Below the pieces are notes generated by a model. The model was not told the origin of the DNA. It made no database searches and was given only the letters and a program-made list of their open reading frames with translations. A stretch of 64,000 nt of DNA from Candidatus Woesearchaeota archaeon. GTDB lineage: Archaea; Nanobdellota; Nanobdellia; Woesearchaeales; BS150m-G63. The position numbers were made by a program, and so were the translations under genes. Below are positions 38,118-48,254 of the stretch, piece after piece (positions within the stretch are counted from its first letter, which is position 1; each line of letters opens with the position of its first letter). The stretch spans positions 25,061 to 89,060 of the forward strand of contig JADHVD010000001.1 of NCBI GenBank assembly GCA_016784165.1, read 5' to 3'.

Positions 38118-39509
38118 TCAGTGCTCCATAAATTTTCTTAATACTGGATTCATATCCATCATGTGGTGTTGTGCTATTTCTTCATATAATTTGTAAATAA
38201 TCATAACTGCTAATAAGATTCCAGTTCCCCTAGATAATGCTCCAGCAACATCGGCAAGTCCTGCTAAAAACCCTACTGCAAGTCCACCCATAACTGTTAA
38301 AGGAATAATATATCTTTTTAATAATCTTTCTAGAACCCTTTGATCTTTTCTAAATCCAGGTATTTGTAAACCTGAAGACATTATTTGTTTTGCTTGGGAT
38401 TTTGCGTCCATTCCAGCAGTTTGCATCCAAAACCATGCAAATAATACTGATCCACCCATCATAAACGCCATGTATACAAGGGCATGCCCTACTTGTGAAA
38501 AAGTGATGCTTCCTTTTATTATACTTCCCAGAATGTTTGGGGAGTATAACCATGCAACTAGGCCACTTATAGGTGTATTTCCACTAAAGGTTCCAAGGAA
38601 AGGGTGCCCCCAATTTTGTAATAATCTCGCCCAAAGTTGGATGTTTGCCATTAGTGCTGCAACCAAAATAACTGGGATGTTACTAGTGTATAAGAAACTC
38701 AAAGGCCATCTCATACCTTGCCCTCTTACCCTTCCAAAACTTAAAGGTATTTCTACTTTCATTGCTTGACCATATACAGCCATAACAAATACTAAAATTG
38801 TTGCTATAATTCCGCCAAGCATAAGTCCTGCAGTAATTTTATCTCCAATAGCTAATGATTGGAATAATGCAGGAATTGCCCCTGTTGCGATGTTTGGATT
38901 TGTTGGAGAGGCTAATGGACTAAAAGCCCTTATAAAAATACTTTTACTCACTCCAGCAGCGATGAATAATGAAATTCCAGAACCAAAGCCCCATTTACTT
39001 ATTACTTCATCCATAAACATGATCATGAATCCTCCAAGGATTAATTGGAATATTAAGATTAATTGTAATGAAAAATAGGTGCTAGTTCCAAGAAATGCGT
39101 TAGCCGGGGCTAGTCCCCCCATAAATACATAAATTCCTGCTTCAAAGATAATGAAAAAAATTGCTAAAAGTTTTTGGATTCCTTGAAATGTTCTTTTGCC
39201 ATCTGCACTTGTTAAATCAAATTTGATAATTCCAGAACCATTTAATAATTGTAATACGATTGATGCAGTAACTATTGGACCAATACCTAATGATATTAAA
39301 GAACCAAATTCTGCTCCAAGAATTAAGGATAAATATTCAAATTGTTGTAATGCGTTTTCTCCTAATCCAAAAAGGGGAATCATCCCAAGAATAAAAAACA
39401 ATCCAAGTACAATACCAGTCCATTTTAATTTTTCTTTAAAAGATAATCTTTTTTGGGCAGGTTTTACTACTTCTGGTAAATTCATTAATATGTTTTTAAA
39501 AAAAGACAT
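38118..39509 (-). CDS. secY: Preprotein translocase SecY
   Basis: LGIGPIVTASI..QLL, GSGISLFI, YTSNIP, IPGFR, GTGILL. Confidence 0.97.
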   Translation of the reverse strand: MSFFKNILMNLPEVVKPAQKRLSFKEKLKWTGIVLGLFFILGMIPLFGLGENALQQFEYLSLILGAEFGSLISLGIGPIVTASIVLQLLNGSGIIKFDLTSADGKRTFQGIQKLLAIFFIIFEAGIYVFMGGLAPANAFLGTSTYFSLQLILIFQLILGGFMIMFMDEVISKWGFGSGISLFIAAGVSKSIFIRAFSPLASPTNPNIATGAIPALFQSLAIGDKITAGLMLGGIIATILVFVMAVYGQAMKVEIPLSFGRVRGQGMRWPLSFLYTSNIPVILVAALMANIQLWARLLQNWGHPFLGTFSGNTPISGLVAWLYSPNILGSIIKGSITFSQVGHALVYMAFMMGGSVLFAWFWMQTAGMDAKSQAKQIMSSGLQIPGFRKDQRVLERLLKRYIIPLTVMGGLAVGFLAGLADVAGALSRGTGILLAVMIIYKLYEEIAQHHMMDMNPVLRKFMEH

Positions 39510-39510
39510 C

Positions 39511-39939
39511 TTACATCAATTCTCCACCAGCTTTTTTTATTTTTTCTTCTGCTTTTTTGGAGAATGAATTTATTTTAAGTTTTAATTTTTTTGTAAGTGT
39601 GCCATTACCTAATAATTTACCATAACTTAGGTTGTTTAAATCTATTTCAAACACATCTTTGTTTTCTTTTGCTAATCCTTTTTTAATCCAAATTGGTAAT
39701 TTTATTTCAATTTCTTTTAGATTAATTGTTTTTACTGCTTTGAATCTGCTTGTGAAACCATATTTTCCGAAGTATTTTCCTTTCCAAATACTTGGTTTTT
39801 TTGCATCCCCACGTTTACCAGAACCTGCTGCACCTCTTCCACCACGATGGCCTGCACCTCTTCGCTTTTTCATAGAGCCACAACCGTGCGTTTTTGAGCC
39901 ACGATATTTCACTTTTTTCTTTAATCTGTTTGTTGTCAT
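39511..39939 (-). CDS. rpl15: 50S ribosomal protein uL15
   Basis: RGS.THG.G..K.RRGAG.RGGRG.AG; KLLG.G. Confidence 0.95.
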   Translation of the reverse strand: MTTNRLKKKVKYRGSKTHGCGSMKKRRGAGHRGGRGAAGSGKRGDAKKPSIWKGKYFGKYGFTSRFKAVKTINLKEIEIKLPIWIKKGLAKENKDVFEIDLNNLSYGKLLGNGTLTKKLKLKINSFSKKAEEKIKKAGGELM

Positions 39940-39983
39940 TTTGATTTATTTTAATTTATTATTTTATGATTATATTTAATTAA

Positions 39984-40394
39984 TTACAACATTTTTTTGA
40001 TTAATGTGTTAATTTTATCTCCTCGATACCCCAATACACCGCCTAGAGTAAATGGTTTTTTTATCCCTTTTCTTTCAAATCCCCCTTTTGGTGGAGCTAA
40101 CCTGAATAAATTAGGTCTCTTAGCATCTTTTCGTTTAGTTAATTCTTTTTTTGTTTCTGAATTTAATTCCCCCCATGTTATATAATCTTTACATTTTTTT
40201 ATCATACCAAGATAATTTGGTTTGTTTTGGATTACAATACAATGGTTTGTTTTGTTTAAATTTAACATTTTAAGGGTATCAACGATTACTTTATTTACTT
40301 TAATTGAACCCCTTATTCTAATTACTGCTAATTCAATTGTTTTGGTTTCTTTTGTTTTATTTTCAATGTTTGATTGTTTTTTTGATTCTACCAT
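39984..40394 (-). CDS. rpl30: 50S ribosomal protein uL30
   Basis: AVIRIRG, DTL.ML.L, FRL.PP.GG. Confidence 0.93.
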   Translation of the reverse strand: MVESKKQSNIENKTKETKTIELAVIRIRGSIKVNKVIVDTLKMLNLNKTNHCIVIQNKPNYLGMIKKCKDYITWGELNSETKKELTKRKDAKRPNLFRLAPPKGGFERKGIKKPFTLGGVLGYRGDKINTLIKKML

Positions 40395-40412
40395 TTTATT
40401 TTATTTTTTAAT

Positions 40413-41384
40413 TTATTCTAATAATCCTTCTTTGATACCTAAAGCTTCAACATCATGAGGTTTTACTTTGGTTGTACTTAATTTTCTTAATGCCTTTAAA
40501 CAAGCTTTAATAAGATTAATTTTTGATTTTGTTTGTCCAAATGATCTAGACCATACATCTTGGATACCTGCTAATTCTAAAATTTTAGCACAACTAGATT
40601 CTACACACAGACCAGTTCCTTTTGGTGCAGGTATTAATTTGATTTTAACCGAACTACATTTTCCTTCTACTTCAAATGGAATTGAATGAGGTGTTTTACA
40701 ATTACATTGCCATGAACCACACCCTCTTTTGATCTTTATTAAATTTAATTTGGCATTTCTGAAAGATTTTTCTCTTGATGGGACTGTTTCTTTAGCTTTA
40801 CCATATCCAGTACCGACATAACCATTTTTGTTACCTATTACAGCATATGAAGCGAATCTTGGTTTATTTCCTTCAGGAGTTTTCTTTTGTGTTTGTTTGA
40901 AGACCCTTCTTTGTCCACCACCAAATTTACCTTTTGATTGTCCTATTAATAACAAGTCTTTTTCTAAATTTGGAATTAATGCATCGACAATTTCAGGTTC
41001 TAATATATTTAATCCTTGATCTAAAATTTTATCAATATCTACAATTTCTTTATTTTTTACTTGTTTTCCTAAACCTGTTTGAGGGTTCCAAGAGTCTATA
41101 TCAAAACTGTCTTTTGAAATCCTTTCTTCTATTTTTCCCTTTGTAATATCTTTTGTAGCTTCTTTAACTTCTTCATTAGCTTTTTTTATGTCTTTTTCTA
41201 TTTCTTTTTCATCTATTTTGATATTTTCTATTTTTTCTTTTTGATTTGGATTAGAAGAATCTTTAGTATCTTGTTCGATAATTTTAGAAGTTTTTGATTT
41301 TTTTAATTTAGATTCTGTTTTTTCAATTAAAACTTCTTTCTTAATTTCTTCAGGTTTTTGTTTGGTTTCTTTTTGTTTTTCCAT
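40413..41384 (-). CDS. rps5: 30S ribosomal protein uS5 with long charged N-terminal extension
   Basis: W.P.T.LG, RGCGSW.C, PAPKGTGL, AGI.DVW. Confidence 0.95.
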   Translation of the reverse strand: MEKQKETKQKPEEIKKEVLIEKTESKLKKSKTSKIIEQDTKDSSNPNQKEKIENIKIDEKEIEKDIKKANEEVKEATKDITKGKIEERISKDSFDIDSWNPQTGLGKQVKNKEIVDIDKILDQGLNILEPEIVDALIPNLEKDLLLIGQSKGKFGGGQRRVFKQTQKKTPEGNKPRFASYAVIGNKNGYVGTGYGKAKETVPSREKSFRNAKLNLIKIKRGCGSWQCNCKTPHSIPFEVEGKCSSVKIKLIPAPKGTGLCVESSCAKILELAGIQDVWSRSFGQTKSKINLIKACLKALRKLSTTKVKPHDVEALGIKEGLLE

Positions 41385-41385
41385 T

Positions 41386-41940
41386 TTATTTCATTATTTT
41401 CTTTTTAATTTCTTCGAATTGTTTTAATATGTCAATTTTATTTTTTAAGTATTCTGAAAATTGAGTTTTTGATTTGTTTGAATTTTTTAAGTAATTGGCG
41501 ATATTTGTTCCTTTTATAGATTCTTCATTAGGAAACATATCTTCTGAATGGGGTGTTTGTAATCCGTTATCTATTGCCCCCTTTAATGCAGCAAATAATC
41601 TTGAACCTTTTGTGGTATTATTTAATCCTAAGTCCACTATAACCTCTCCAATTTTATGTTCTTTAGCTTTTTTTGCTAATAAAACTCCAGTTAAATATGC
41701 TGAAGGGATATTTCCAGTATTAGCTTTCCACCCAATTTTTTTTAATTCTGAGGAATTTGCACCTGTAATTATTTTATCTCCTTTTTGTTGATATTCTACT
41801 ATTTGTAGAGTTATATTATTTAATGATCTTCTAATTACTAGTCTTGGTTTTTTAGATAGTAATAATTTTAATCTTTTATTGTAATTAGTTCTACCTTCTC
41901 GTTTTCTTCTATAATTTACTTTTTTTATTGTTTTACTCAT
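41386..41940 (-). CDS. rpl18: 50S ribosomal protein uL18
   Basis: RRKREG.TNY.KR..LL, RLVIR, AYLTG; start placed at MSKT. Confidence 0.95.
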   Translation of the reverse strand: MSKTIKKVNYRRKREGRTNYNKRLKLLLSKKPRLVIRRSLNNITLQIVEYQQKGDKIITGANSSELKKIGWKANTGNIPSAYLTGVLLAKKAKEHKIGEVIVDLGLNNTTKGSRLFAALKGAIDNGLQTPHSEDMFPNEESIKGTNIANYLKNSNKSKTQFSEYLKNKIDILKQFEEIKKKIMK

Positions 41941-42382
41941 TTTTACCCAATATTTTATCAAGGAATATTTTTATGTGTCTTTTACTTCTAAAAAACCCAC
42001 CCTTTGATTTTGATCTTAAGTCCCTATATGTTTTACCCTCTATAACCTTTTTATCTTTAATTTCTTTTAGGAACTTTCTTTGTAATCTTATTTTGTTCAT
42101 CCATATTTTCTTTTTAGGTAGTCTAGCTGTTTTTTTACCTTTTCTAGACCCTTGTCCTTTTTGTTTTCCTTTATTTTTTTGAATTTGTCTTTTTTTAGCT
42201 CTAAATCTTGATATTCCTTGAACTGGTTTAGCAGTTATTGCTTTATCTTTTATTAAAGATCTTAAATCTGCTTTAGTTATCGCTTCTTTGATTTCATCCA
42301 ATCTTTCAATATCAAAAATTACTCTTTTTTTAGAGCAATTTAATAATTTTGCAGATATTGTTTTTTGTGCTGTTAACTTCAT
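41933..42382 (-). CDS. rpl19e: 50S ribosomal protein L19e
   Basis: G.GSRKG...AR, WM..IR..R, KGG.F. Confidence 0.95.
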   Translation of the reverse strand: MKLTAQKTISAKLLNCSKKRVIFDIERLDEIKEAITKADLRSLIKDKAITAKPVQGISRFRAKKRQIQKNKGKQKGQGSRKGKKTARLPKKKIWMNKIRLQRKFLKEIKDKKVIEGKTYRDLRSKSKGGFFRSKRHIKIFLDKILGKNE

Positions 42383-42393
42383 TTTAATTTTAT

Positions 42394-42975
42394 TTATGAT
42401 TTTTTAGTTAATATTTTATCTTTTTCTTTCTTTTTCTCTTTTTCCATTTCTTCTGTTGTTTTTTCTATTTTATCTTCTATTTTTTCTTTTGTATCTTCCT
42501 TTTTTTCCTTTTCCTTTGCCTTTTCCTTTGCTTTTTCTTTTTTGGCAGTCTTTGTTTTTATTTTTTTATTTTTAAGTTCTTTTTTTTGTTTTAAATTTTC
42601 TTCTATTTGTTTAAGGAATAATTCAGGATTTTTTATATTTAAGATAGTTATTTTTGTTTTTATTGCTTCTTTAATTAATTCTATTTTTTTCTTTAAACCT
42701 ATTTTTGAAATTATAATCCCTTCATCATTTGGGATTTTTTTTAGTTCTTTTATTGTTGATACTATATTTGATTTTAATCCTTTAACTAAATGTTTTATTT
42801 CTTTTGGAGCACCATATCCTATTTTTGGTTTTAATCTATATCCTTTTTGAGCTAATCTTACTTTTGATTGTAATCCCCTAGCCCTTCTCCACCTGGATTT
42901 AATTCTTCCTTTTTTATGAGAATCTTGTCTAATAAAATCAGGTTTCTTTCTTTTTGGAATATTTGTTTTAGTCAT
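42394..42975 (-). CDS. rpl32e: 50S ribosomal protein L32e with K/E-rich tail
   Basis: KP.F.RQ, WRR.RG..SK.R, P.IGYG. Confidence 0.93.
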   Translation of the reverse strand: MTKTNIPKRKKPDFIRQDSHKKGRIKSRWRRARGLQSKVRLAQKGYRLKPKIGYGAPKEIKHLVKGLKSNIVSTIKELKKIPNDEGIIISKIGLKKKIELIKEAIKTKITILNIKNPELFLKQIEENLKQKKELKNKKIKTKTAKKEKAKEKAKEKEKKEDTKEKIEDKIEKTTEEMEKEKKKEKDKILTKKS

Positions 42976-42998
42976 TTTATTTTATCTTATTTGTTTTA

Positions 42999-43544
42999 TT
43001 ATTCTATCTTTTTCCCATCTTTTTCAATAATAAAGATACCATCTTGAAATATTCTTCTGTCTTTATTAGTTATTCTTGTTAATTGTTCTATACTAGATGC
43101 AATTTGTCCTGCGATTTCTTTGCTTGTTGATTCTATAACTATTTCACTTCCGTTTAATTTTACATCAGCACCTGATTTTAATTCAACAATTCTTGGATGT
43201 TTTTCTCCAAAAAAGTTTTTTACTGTTAGTTTATTATTATTTATTGAAACGTTCATTGGAAAGTGACTTGAACAAACTTTTAATTTATAAATATGTCCTT
43301 CTGTTGCTCCACGTATCATGTTGTTTATATGTGCTTTGATGGTTCCTGCTAACTTTTTTTCTCTTTTTGTTAATTTGTTTGAACTTAATTTTATTTTATT
43401 ATCCTCTATTTTTAAATTAATTAAGGTGTTTCTAAAGTTTCTTTTAACTTCTCCCTTTGCTCCCTTCAATGTCAAAGTTGAACCTTGTAAATCTGCCTGA
43501 ACACCATCCAATAATTCAATTTCCATATCAACTTTGTTTTTCAT
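42999..43544 (-). CDS. rpl6: 50S ribosomal protein uL6
   Basis: HFPM, NFFGEK, D.R.FQDGI. Confidence 0.95.
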   Translation of the reverse strand: MKNKVDMEIELLDGVQADLQGSTLTLKGAKGEVKRNFRNTLINLKIEDNKIKLSSNKLTKREKKLAGTIKAHINNMIRGATEGHIYKLKVCSSHFPMNVSINNNKLTVKNFFGEKHPRIVELKSGADVKLNGSEIVIESTSKEIAGQIASSIEQLTRITNKDRRIFQDGIFIIEKDGKKIE

Positions 43545-43548
43545 AATA

Positions 43549-43947
43549 TTAATAAATAAATGCGATTAATTTTCCCCCTATTTTTTTTTCTTTTGATTCT
43601 TTTTGAACCATGATTCCTTGGGATGTTGAAACAATGATTATTCCAAAATCTTTTGCTGGTAAGAATCTTTTTTCAAATTTTTCATAATTGTCTTGTTTAA
43701 CTGCGAATCTTGGTTTTATTACTCCACATTTATTGATATTACTTATTAAATTTAATTTGAGTGATGTTCCTTGTCGAGATTCTATTTTTTCAAAATCACC
43801 AACAAAATGGTGATCTTTCATAATTTCTAACACTTTTTCAATTATTTTGGAACTTGGTTTAATGGTACATTCCTTTTTTCCTATTCTTTCTGCATTTAAA
43901 ATGATTGACAATGCATTTGCTAATGGGTCATTTAACATTTTTTCCAC
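43549..43947 (-). CDS. rps8: 30S ribosomal protein uS8
   Basis: DPLANAL, NKCGVIKPRF, LPA.DFG...VSTSQG. Confidence 0.95.
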   Translation of the reverse strand: MEKMLNDPLANALSIILNAERIGKKECTIKPSSKIIEKVLEIMKDHHFVGDFEKIESRQGTSLKLNLISNINKCGVIKPRFAVKQDNYEKFEKRFLPAKDFGIIIVSTSQGIMVQKESKEKKIGGKLIAFIY

Positions 43948-44178
43948 CTAGTTGTATTTTTTAAATCCAATTTTTGTTGCAATATCTCTGAAACAAGTTC
44001 TACAAATATTTAATTTGTATTTGTTAATGCTTGCATGTTCTCTACCACATATTTTACATTTTTTAGTACTTCTTCCAAATTTTCTTTCTTTTGGAGCATT
44101 ATGTTTAATAAATTTAGCTAATTTAGCTGGTTTTACTTTAAGTTGTTTGAACACTTTTTTATAACTGCTTGTAGTCAT
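43948..44178 (-). CDS. rps14: 30S ribosomal protein uS14
   Basis: CKICG...CRTCFR..A..IGFKK. Confidence 0.93.
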   Translation of the reverse strand: MTTSSYKKVFKQLKVKPAKLAKFIKHNAPKERKFGRSTKKCKICGREHASINKYKLNICRTCFRDIATKIGFKKYN

Positions 44179-44690
44179 TCTTCATCACCCGTCTTAACAT
44201 TAAATTCTTTTTGCATAAATTTTATTGCTTCTGATCTGCTTATACTATGTTTTTTAGGAATTTTCTTTTTGAAATTTTTTCTTCGTTTTATCCTAAATCC
44301 TGCCCTTTCTAATGTTATGCAAACTTCTAAACCAATTATACCTATTTCTGGATTATATTTTGCTCCTGGAATATTAATATATTCTGGAATTCCAAATGCA
44401 ATATTTCCATAATCATCAAATTGTTTTTCTGTTAATATATTTTCTTTTGATTGTAATAATCTTATTAATATCTCTTTTGCTTTTTCTCCTCTTAATGTAA
44501 CTTTGCAACCAATTGGCAATCCAGCTCTTAATCCCCATTGAGCAATTCTTTTTTGGGTTATTGTTTTAACTGGTTTAACTCCTGAAAGTTCTTTTAATAA
44601 TAATAAGGCTTTGTCTAATATAGACTGATTTTTACCAACTCCTATGTTAAGAGTTATTTTCCCTATTTTTATTTCTTTCATTGGATTCAT
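44175..44690 (-). CDS. rpl5: 50S ribosomal protein uL5
   Basis: NPM, PIGCKVTLRG, FD..GN..FGI.E. Confidence 0.95.
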   Translation of the reverse strand: MNPMKEIKIGKITLNIGVGKNQSILDKALLLLKELSGVKPVKTITQKRIAQWGLRAGLPIGCKVTLRGEKAKEILIRLLQSKENILTEKQFDDYGNIAFGIPEYINIPGAKYNPEIGIIGLEVCITLERAGFRIKRRKNFKKKIPKKHSISRSEAIKFMQKEFNVKTGDEE

Positions 44691-45385
44691 TTTTCAAATA
44701 AAGTAATTGCACTTTTTTCTTTACCGATTACAAAAGCATGATTTTTTGAAGTTTCTAAACTTCTACCATCTTTAGTTTTGAATATTAATTGATTATTTCC
44801 TATTTTATCAATAATTCCCGATTCTGCAACGTGCTTTCCCCCTGTTAAATATACCATGGATGATTTTTCCAATTTAAAATGGTCTTTAATTTTTTTAGCA
44901 GAAAGATCTAGAGTTATACTATCTCCAAGTCTATATTTTTTATCCTTTACTAATATATTTTTGCTTCCACTAAGATTTAATTGAATCTTTCCTTTTTTTA
45001 TTATTGTTTTATTTAATATTTTGAAAATTCCTAAATTCTTTTCGCTTTCATTTAATTCTAATAATTCTAATTTTCCTTTTTTTGTTAGTAAGATTCTAAA
45101 AGATTTATTCATTGAAGGTATTTCAACGATATCCATTAATCCAATGGTATCGTGTATATCTTTTCTTTTTATTTTATTAACTAGCACTTCTTTATTATTT
45201 AAAATATATTTTGCTTCTTTTGCACTTTTTGCATATTTTAAATAATCTCTTAATAAGGTACCTAATGCAAAACCTTTTTTGAAAGAGGTACTTCCAGCAA
45301 ATGGCCTAATTATGAATTTATTTTCTTTCTTCATTATGTCCCAACTTTTAGGGGAAGGTATTCTTTTTAAGTGGTTTTTAGTCAT
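44687..45385 (-). CDS. rps4e: 30S ribosomal protein S4e
   Basis: HLKR..SP.SW, GLMD, TGG.H. Confidence 0.93.
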   Translation of the reverse strand: MTKNHLKRIPSPKSWDIMKKENKFIIRPFAGSTSFKKGFALGTLLRDYLKYAKSAKEAKYILNNKEVLVNKIKRKDIHDTIGLMDIVEIPSMNKSFRILLTKKGKLELLELNESEKNLGIFKILNKTIIKKGKIQLNLSGSKNILVKDKKYRLGDSITLDLSAKKIKDHFKLEKSSMVYLTGGKHVAESGIIDKIGNNQLIFKTKDGRSLETSKNHAFVIGKEKSAITLFEK

Positions 45386-45765
45386 TTTTTTCTCTCCAGT
45401 GAGCTTATTCTTTTTTTATCTTCTAAATCTAACGAAGTAATTAAAAGATTGGACGGTGCAATAGGGGTAAGTCTTTTTGTACCATCTTTTTTTATTATTT
45501 CAATCCCAGTTACATATATTTTTTCTCTTTTAGTTTCTACTTTTTCAATTATTCCTGTTTTGCCTTTGAAAGATCCTCTCATTATTTTTACTTTATCTCC
45601 TTTTTTCATTTTGGCAGATCTTTTATTGTATTTTTCTTTTAATTCTTTTGATAGGTGAGCTGACATTAGTTTTCTTTTTAAGTGTAATGGGGCATTTTTT
45701 CTATATTTACGCTGGTTTTTTACTTTTTTACTCGATTTCCACGTTTTTTTGAATTCGTTTTTCAT
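45382..45765 (-). CDS. rpl24: 50S ribosomal protein uL24
   Basis: APLH...K.MSA.LS.EL, GD.VK.MRG.F.G. Confidence 0.95.
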   Translation of the reverse strand: MKNEFKKTWKSSKKVKNQRKYRKNAPLHLKRKLMSAHLSKELKEKYNKRSAKMKKGDKVKIMRGSFKGKTGIIEKVETKREKIYVTGIEIIKKDGTKRLTPIAPSNLLITSLDLEDKKRISSLERKK

Positions 45766-45773
45766 TTTATAAT

Positions 45774-46175
45774 TTATACCACTATTTTTGCTAATTTACT
45801 TATTCCTGGCCACCTTTCACAAGCTTCTTTTGCGATTGCTCCTTTGAATAAAGTCCCTTTAGGGTTTCCTTTATCATCCTTTAATACTACTGCTGCATTA
45901 TCTTCAAATTTTATTCTTGTACCATTTACTCTTCGATATTCTTTTTTTTGTCTTACTATTACTGCAAAAACAACTTGTTTTACTACATCAGGTCTTCCTT
46001 TTTTTACTGATGCTAAAACTAAATCACCAACACCTGCAGCAGGAAGTCTACCTTTAGTTGTTTTATGCCTTTTTACTGAAAATATCAGTAGGCGTTTTGC
46101 ACCTGAATTATCACAGGTGTCTACGATTGCCCCAACAGGCAATGCTCTTGATATGCTTCCTTTTAAGGGTTTCAT
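45774..46175 (-). CDS. rpl14: 50S ribosomal protein uL14
   Basis: DNSGAK, GVGD, FEDNAAV, G.PKG. Confidence 0.96.
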   Translation of the reverse strand: MKPLKGSISRALPVGAIVDTCDNSGAKRLLIFSVKRHKTTKGRLPAAGVGDLVLASVKKGRPDVVKQVVFAVIVRQKKEYRRVNGTRIKFEDNAAVVLKDDKGNPKGTLFKGAIAKEACERWPGISKLAKIVV

Positions 46176-46585
46176 TTTTTAGTTGATTTTTTTTTAGTTG
46201 AAGATGTTTTTTCGTTTTTTTTATTTTTAGTTACTTTGATTTCTTTTTTGGATTCTTTTTCTTTAGTTATTTCTTTAGTTTTTTCAATAATTTTTTCTAT
46301 CACTACAAACTTTTTTGCTTTGCTTAATGGCCTACATTCTTGGATTTTTACAATATCTGTTTCTTTAATATTCATACATTCAGGTTTATGTGCCATTACT
46401 TTTGTTTTTCTTTTTTCATATCTCTCATATTTAGGAATTAATCTTGTTCTACCCCATTCAACTACGATTGTTTTGTGGGCTTTTGCAGATACGACTGTTC
46501 CTGTGAATGTTCTTCCTCTAGTTTTGAGTTCTCCATGTATTGGGCAGTTTTTATCCTTACATTGGTTTTCTTTTGTTGATTTCAT
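46172..46585 (-). CDS. rps17: 30S ribosomal protein uS17
   Basis: C.D..CP.HG, KYERYE, ECRPLSK.K. Confidence 0.95.
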   Translation of the reverse strand: MKSTKENQCKDKNCPIHGELKTRGRTFTGTVVSAKAHKTIVVEWGRTRLIPKYERYEKRKTKVMAHKPECMNIKETDIVKIQECRPLSKAKKFVVIEKIIEKTKEITKEKESKKEIKVTKNKKNEKTSSTKKKSTKK

Positions 46586-46836
46586 TTTATTTTTAGTTTG
46601 ATTCTTTCCTCTGGTTTTAGTTGAAGTAATTTTCCTTCAACTGCAATTTTTTTGTTATTTATTGTGAATATCAATTGTTGTGATTTGGTTATTTTTTTTC
46701 TTTGATTTTTTGTTGTTATTATTTCAAATGTGTGTTTTGTTTCATTAATGATTTTTCCGTTTAATTTTTTTGAAGGCACGTGTATAGTTTGGCCTATTAG
46801 TTCTCCCTTAAGGAGTTTTTCAACCATTTCTTTCAT
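46582..46836 (-). CDS. rnp1: RNase P protein subunit Rpp29
   Basis: ELIG, G.II.ETK.T, P.ERIK; conserved operon position. Confidence 0.85.
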   Translation of the reverse strand: MKEMVEKLLKGELIGQTIHVPSKKLNGKIINETKHTFEIITTKNQRKKITKSQQLIFTINNKKIAVEGKLLQLKPEERIKLKIK

Positions 46837-46840
46837 CTTT

Positions 46841-47149
46841 TTATTTGATTTTTATTGTTTCTGGGCTGAAACCGAGGTGAGACAAAATTTCTTTGATTTT
46901 TGTTTTGTGGTTTCCTTGCAAATCAATTTTTCCGTTTTTTGCTGTTCCTCCACAAGCCAATTTTGCCTTTAGTTTTTTTGCGAGATCTTTTATGTTTATA
47001 TCAGATTGGTCAATTCCTTTAATCACTGTGTATTGTTTTCCAAATTTTCGTCTTTCTATGCTTATTATTATGTTTTGATTTTCTTTTGCTATAGATTCAC
47101 AAACACATAACTCTATTGGTAACCCACACTTAATGCATATTTCACTCAT
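46841..47149 (-). CDS. Translation initiation factor aIF1 / SUI1
   Basis: CGLP.ELCVC, LK.KLACGGT.K...I.LQG.H. Confidence 0.93.
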   Translation of the reverse strand: MSEICIKCGLPIELCVCESIAKENQNIIISIERRKFGKQYTVIKGIDQSDINIKDLAKKLKAKLACGGTAKNGKIDLQGNHKTKIKEILSHLGFSPETIKIK

Positions 47150-47346
47150 TGCTTTGGTTTAATTCCCTCCTGGTTTAGTATTGTTTTTATACGCGCTATA
47201 TTTTTTTTGATATTTTTGATATTTGATTGACCCTTTACAGCAGAGCCTGTTGAAATTTGAGCATTACTTTTCATTAACTCTTTTCTTAATTCCTCTAATT
47301 TTGATTTTAAGTTACCTTTACTTAGTGTTTTTAGGTTTAGTTTCAT
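47146..47346 (-). CDS. rpl29: 50S ribosomal protein uL29
   Basis: L.ELRKEL...IKK.IARI.T; operon position. Confidence 0.9.
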   Translation of the reverse strand: MKLNLKTLSKGNLKSKLEELRKELMKSNAQISTGSAVKGQSNIKNIKKNIARIKTILNQEGIKPKQ

Positions 47347-48254
47347 TTTTTCTTGTTAGTTTTTTTTGTTTTGATATCTTTTTTTATTGGTTTTTTATTT
47401 TTTATTTTTTCTTTATTGTCTTCTTCATTTTTTTCTTTATCTTCCTTTTTATCTGTGGTTTTAGATTTTTCTTTTATATCTTCTTTTTTATTTTTTTTCT
47501 TGTCTTCTTTTTCGTCTTCTTTTTTAGCAACTTTTTTTGTGGGTTTTGTTTTGTCTTTATTGTTTTTCTTTTCTTTTTTATCTGTTGTTTTAGATTTTTC
47601 TTTTACATCTTCTTTTTTAGGTTCTTTTATTTCAATTTCTTCAACAACTTCTTCTTCTATTTTTAATAATTCAATATCATTTTTTTCTTTTAATTCTATA
47701 GGCATTATTCTAACTTGGATTCCCACTGCTCCACTTTTTAAGTGTGCGGTTGCTATTGCTTTTTTAATACCTGAAACAGCCATATCTCCACATTTTTTTA
47801 AATAACCTTTATAGAACCGCCATCTTTTTGCTCTTGCTCCAGGAATTTTTCCTGAAATTAATATTTCTATCCCTAAAGCTCCAGTACTCATGACTTCTCC
47901 AATTACTTTATGTCCAATATTTTTAAATCTTGAAGATCCAAATCTTTCTAAATAAGATGCTATTCTTTCAGCAACAATATTTGCATCAAGATTTAACTCT
48001 TGAATCTCATTAATTTCTATTTGAGGATTTTCAAGGTTGAATTTTCTTTTTAAATCTGCTGTAAGTTTCTTTATATTTCCACCTTTTCTTCCAACTATTA
48101 ATCCAGGCCTTGAAGCACTTATTATTACTTTTTCACCCAAGGGAGTTTTTTGTATCTTAGTTCCACTATATCCTACTCTTTTGAGATTTTTTTGGATATA
48201 ATCTCCAATAACATATTCTTTCAATTTTCTTGAGATTATTTTTCTTTCAATCAT
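47343..48254 (-). CDS. rps3: 30S ribosomal protein uS3 with long charged C-terminal tail
   Basis: TPLG, RPG.IVGR.G KH domain, GA.G.EI..SGK. Confidence 0.95.
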   Translation of the reverse strand: MIERKIISRKLKEYVIGDYIQKNLKRVGYSGTKIQKTPLGEKVIISASRPGLIVGRKGGNIKKLTADLKRKFNLENPQIEINEIQELNLDANIVAERIASYLERFGSSRFKNIGHKVIGEVMSTGALGIEILISGKIPGARAKRWRFYKGYLKKCGDMAVSGIKKAIATAHLKSGAVGIQVRIMPIELKEKNDIELLKIEEEVVEEIEIKEPKKEDVKEKSKTTDKKEKKNNKDKTKPTKKVAKKEDEKEDKKKNKKEDIKEKSKTTDKKEDKEKNEEDNKEKIKNKKPIKKDIKTKKTNKKK

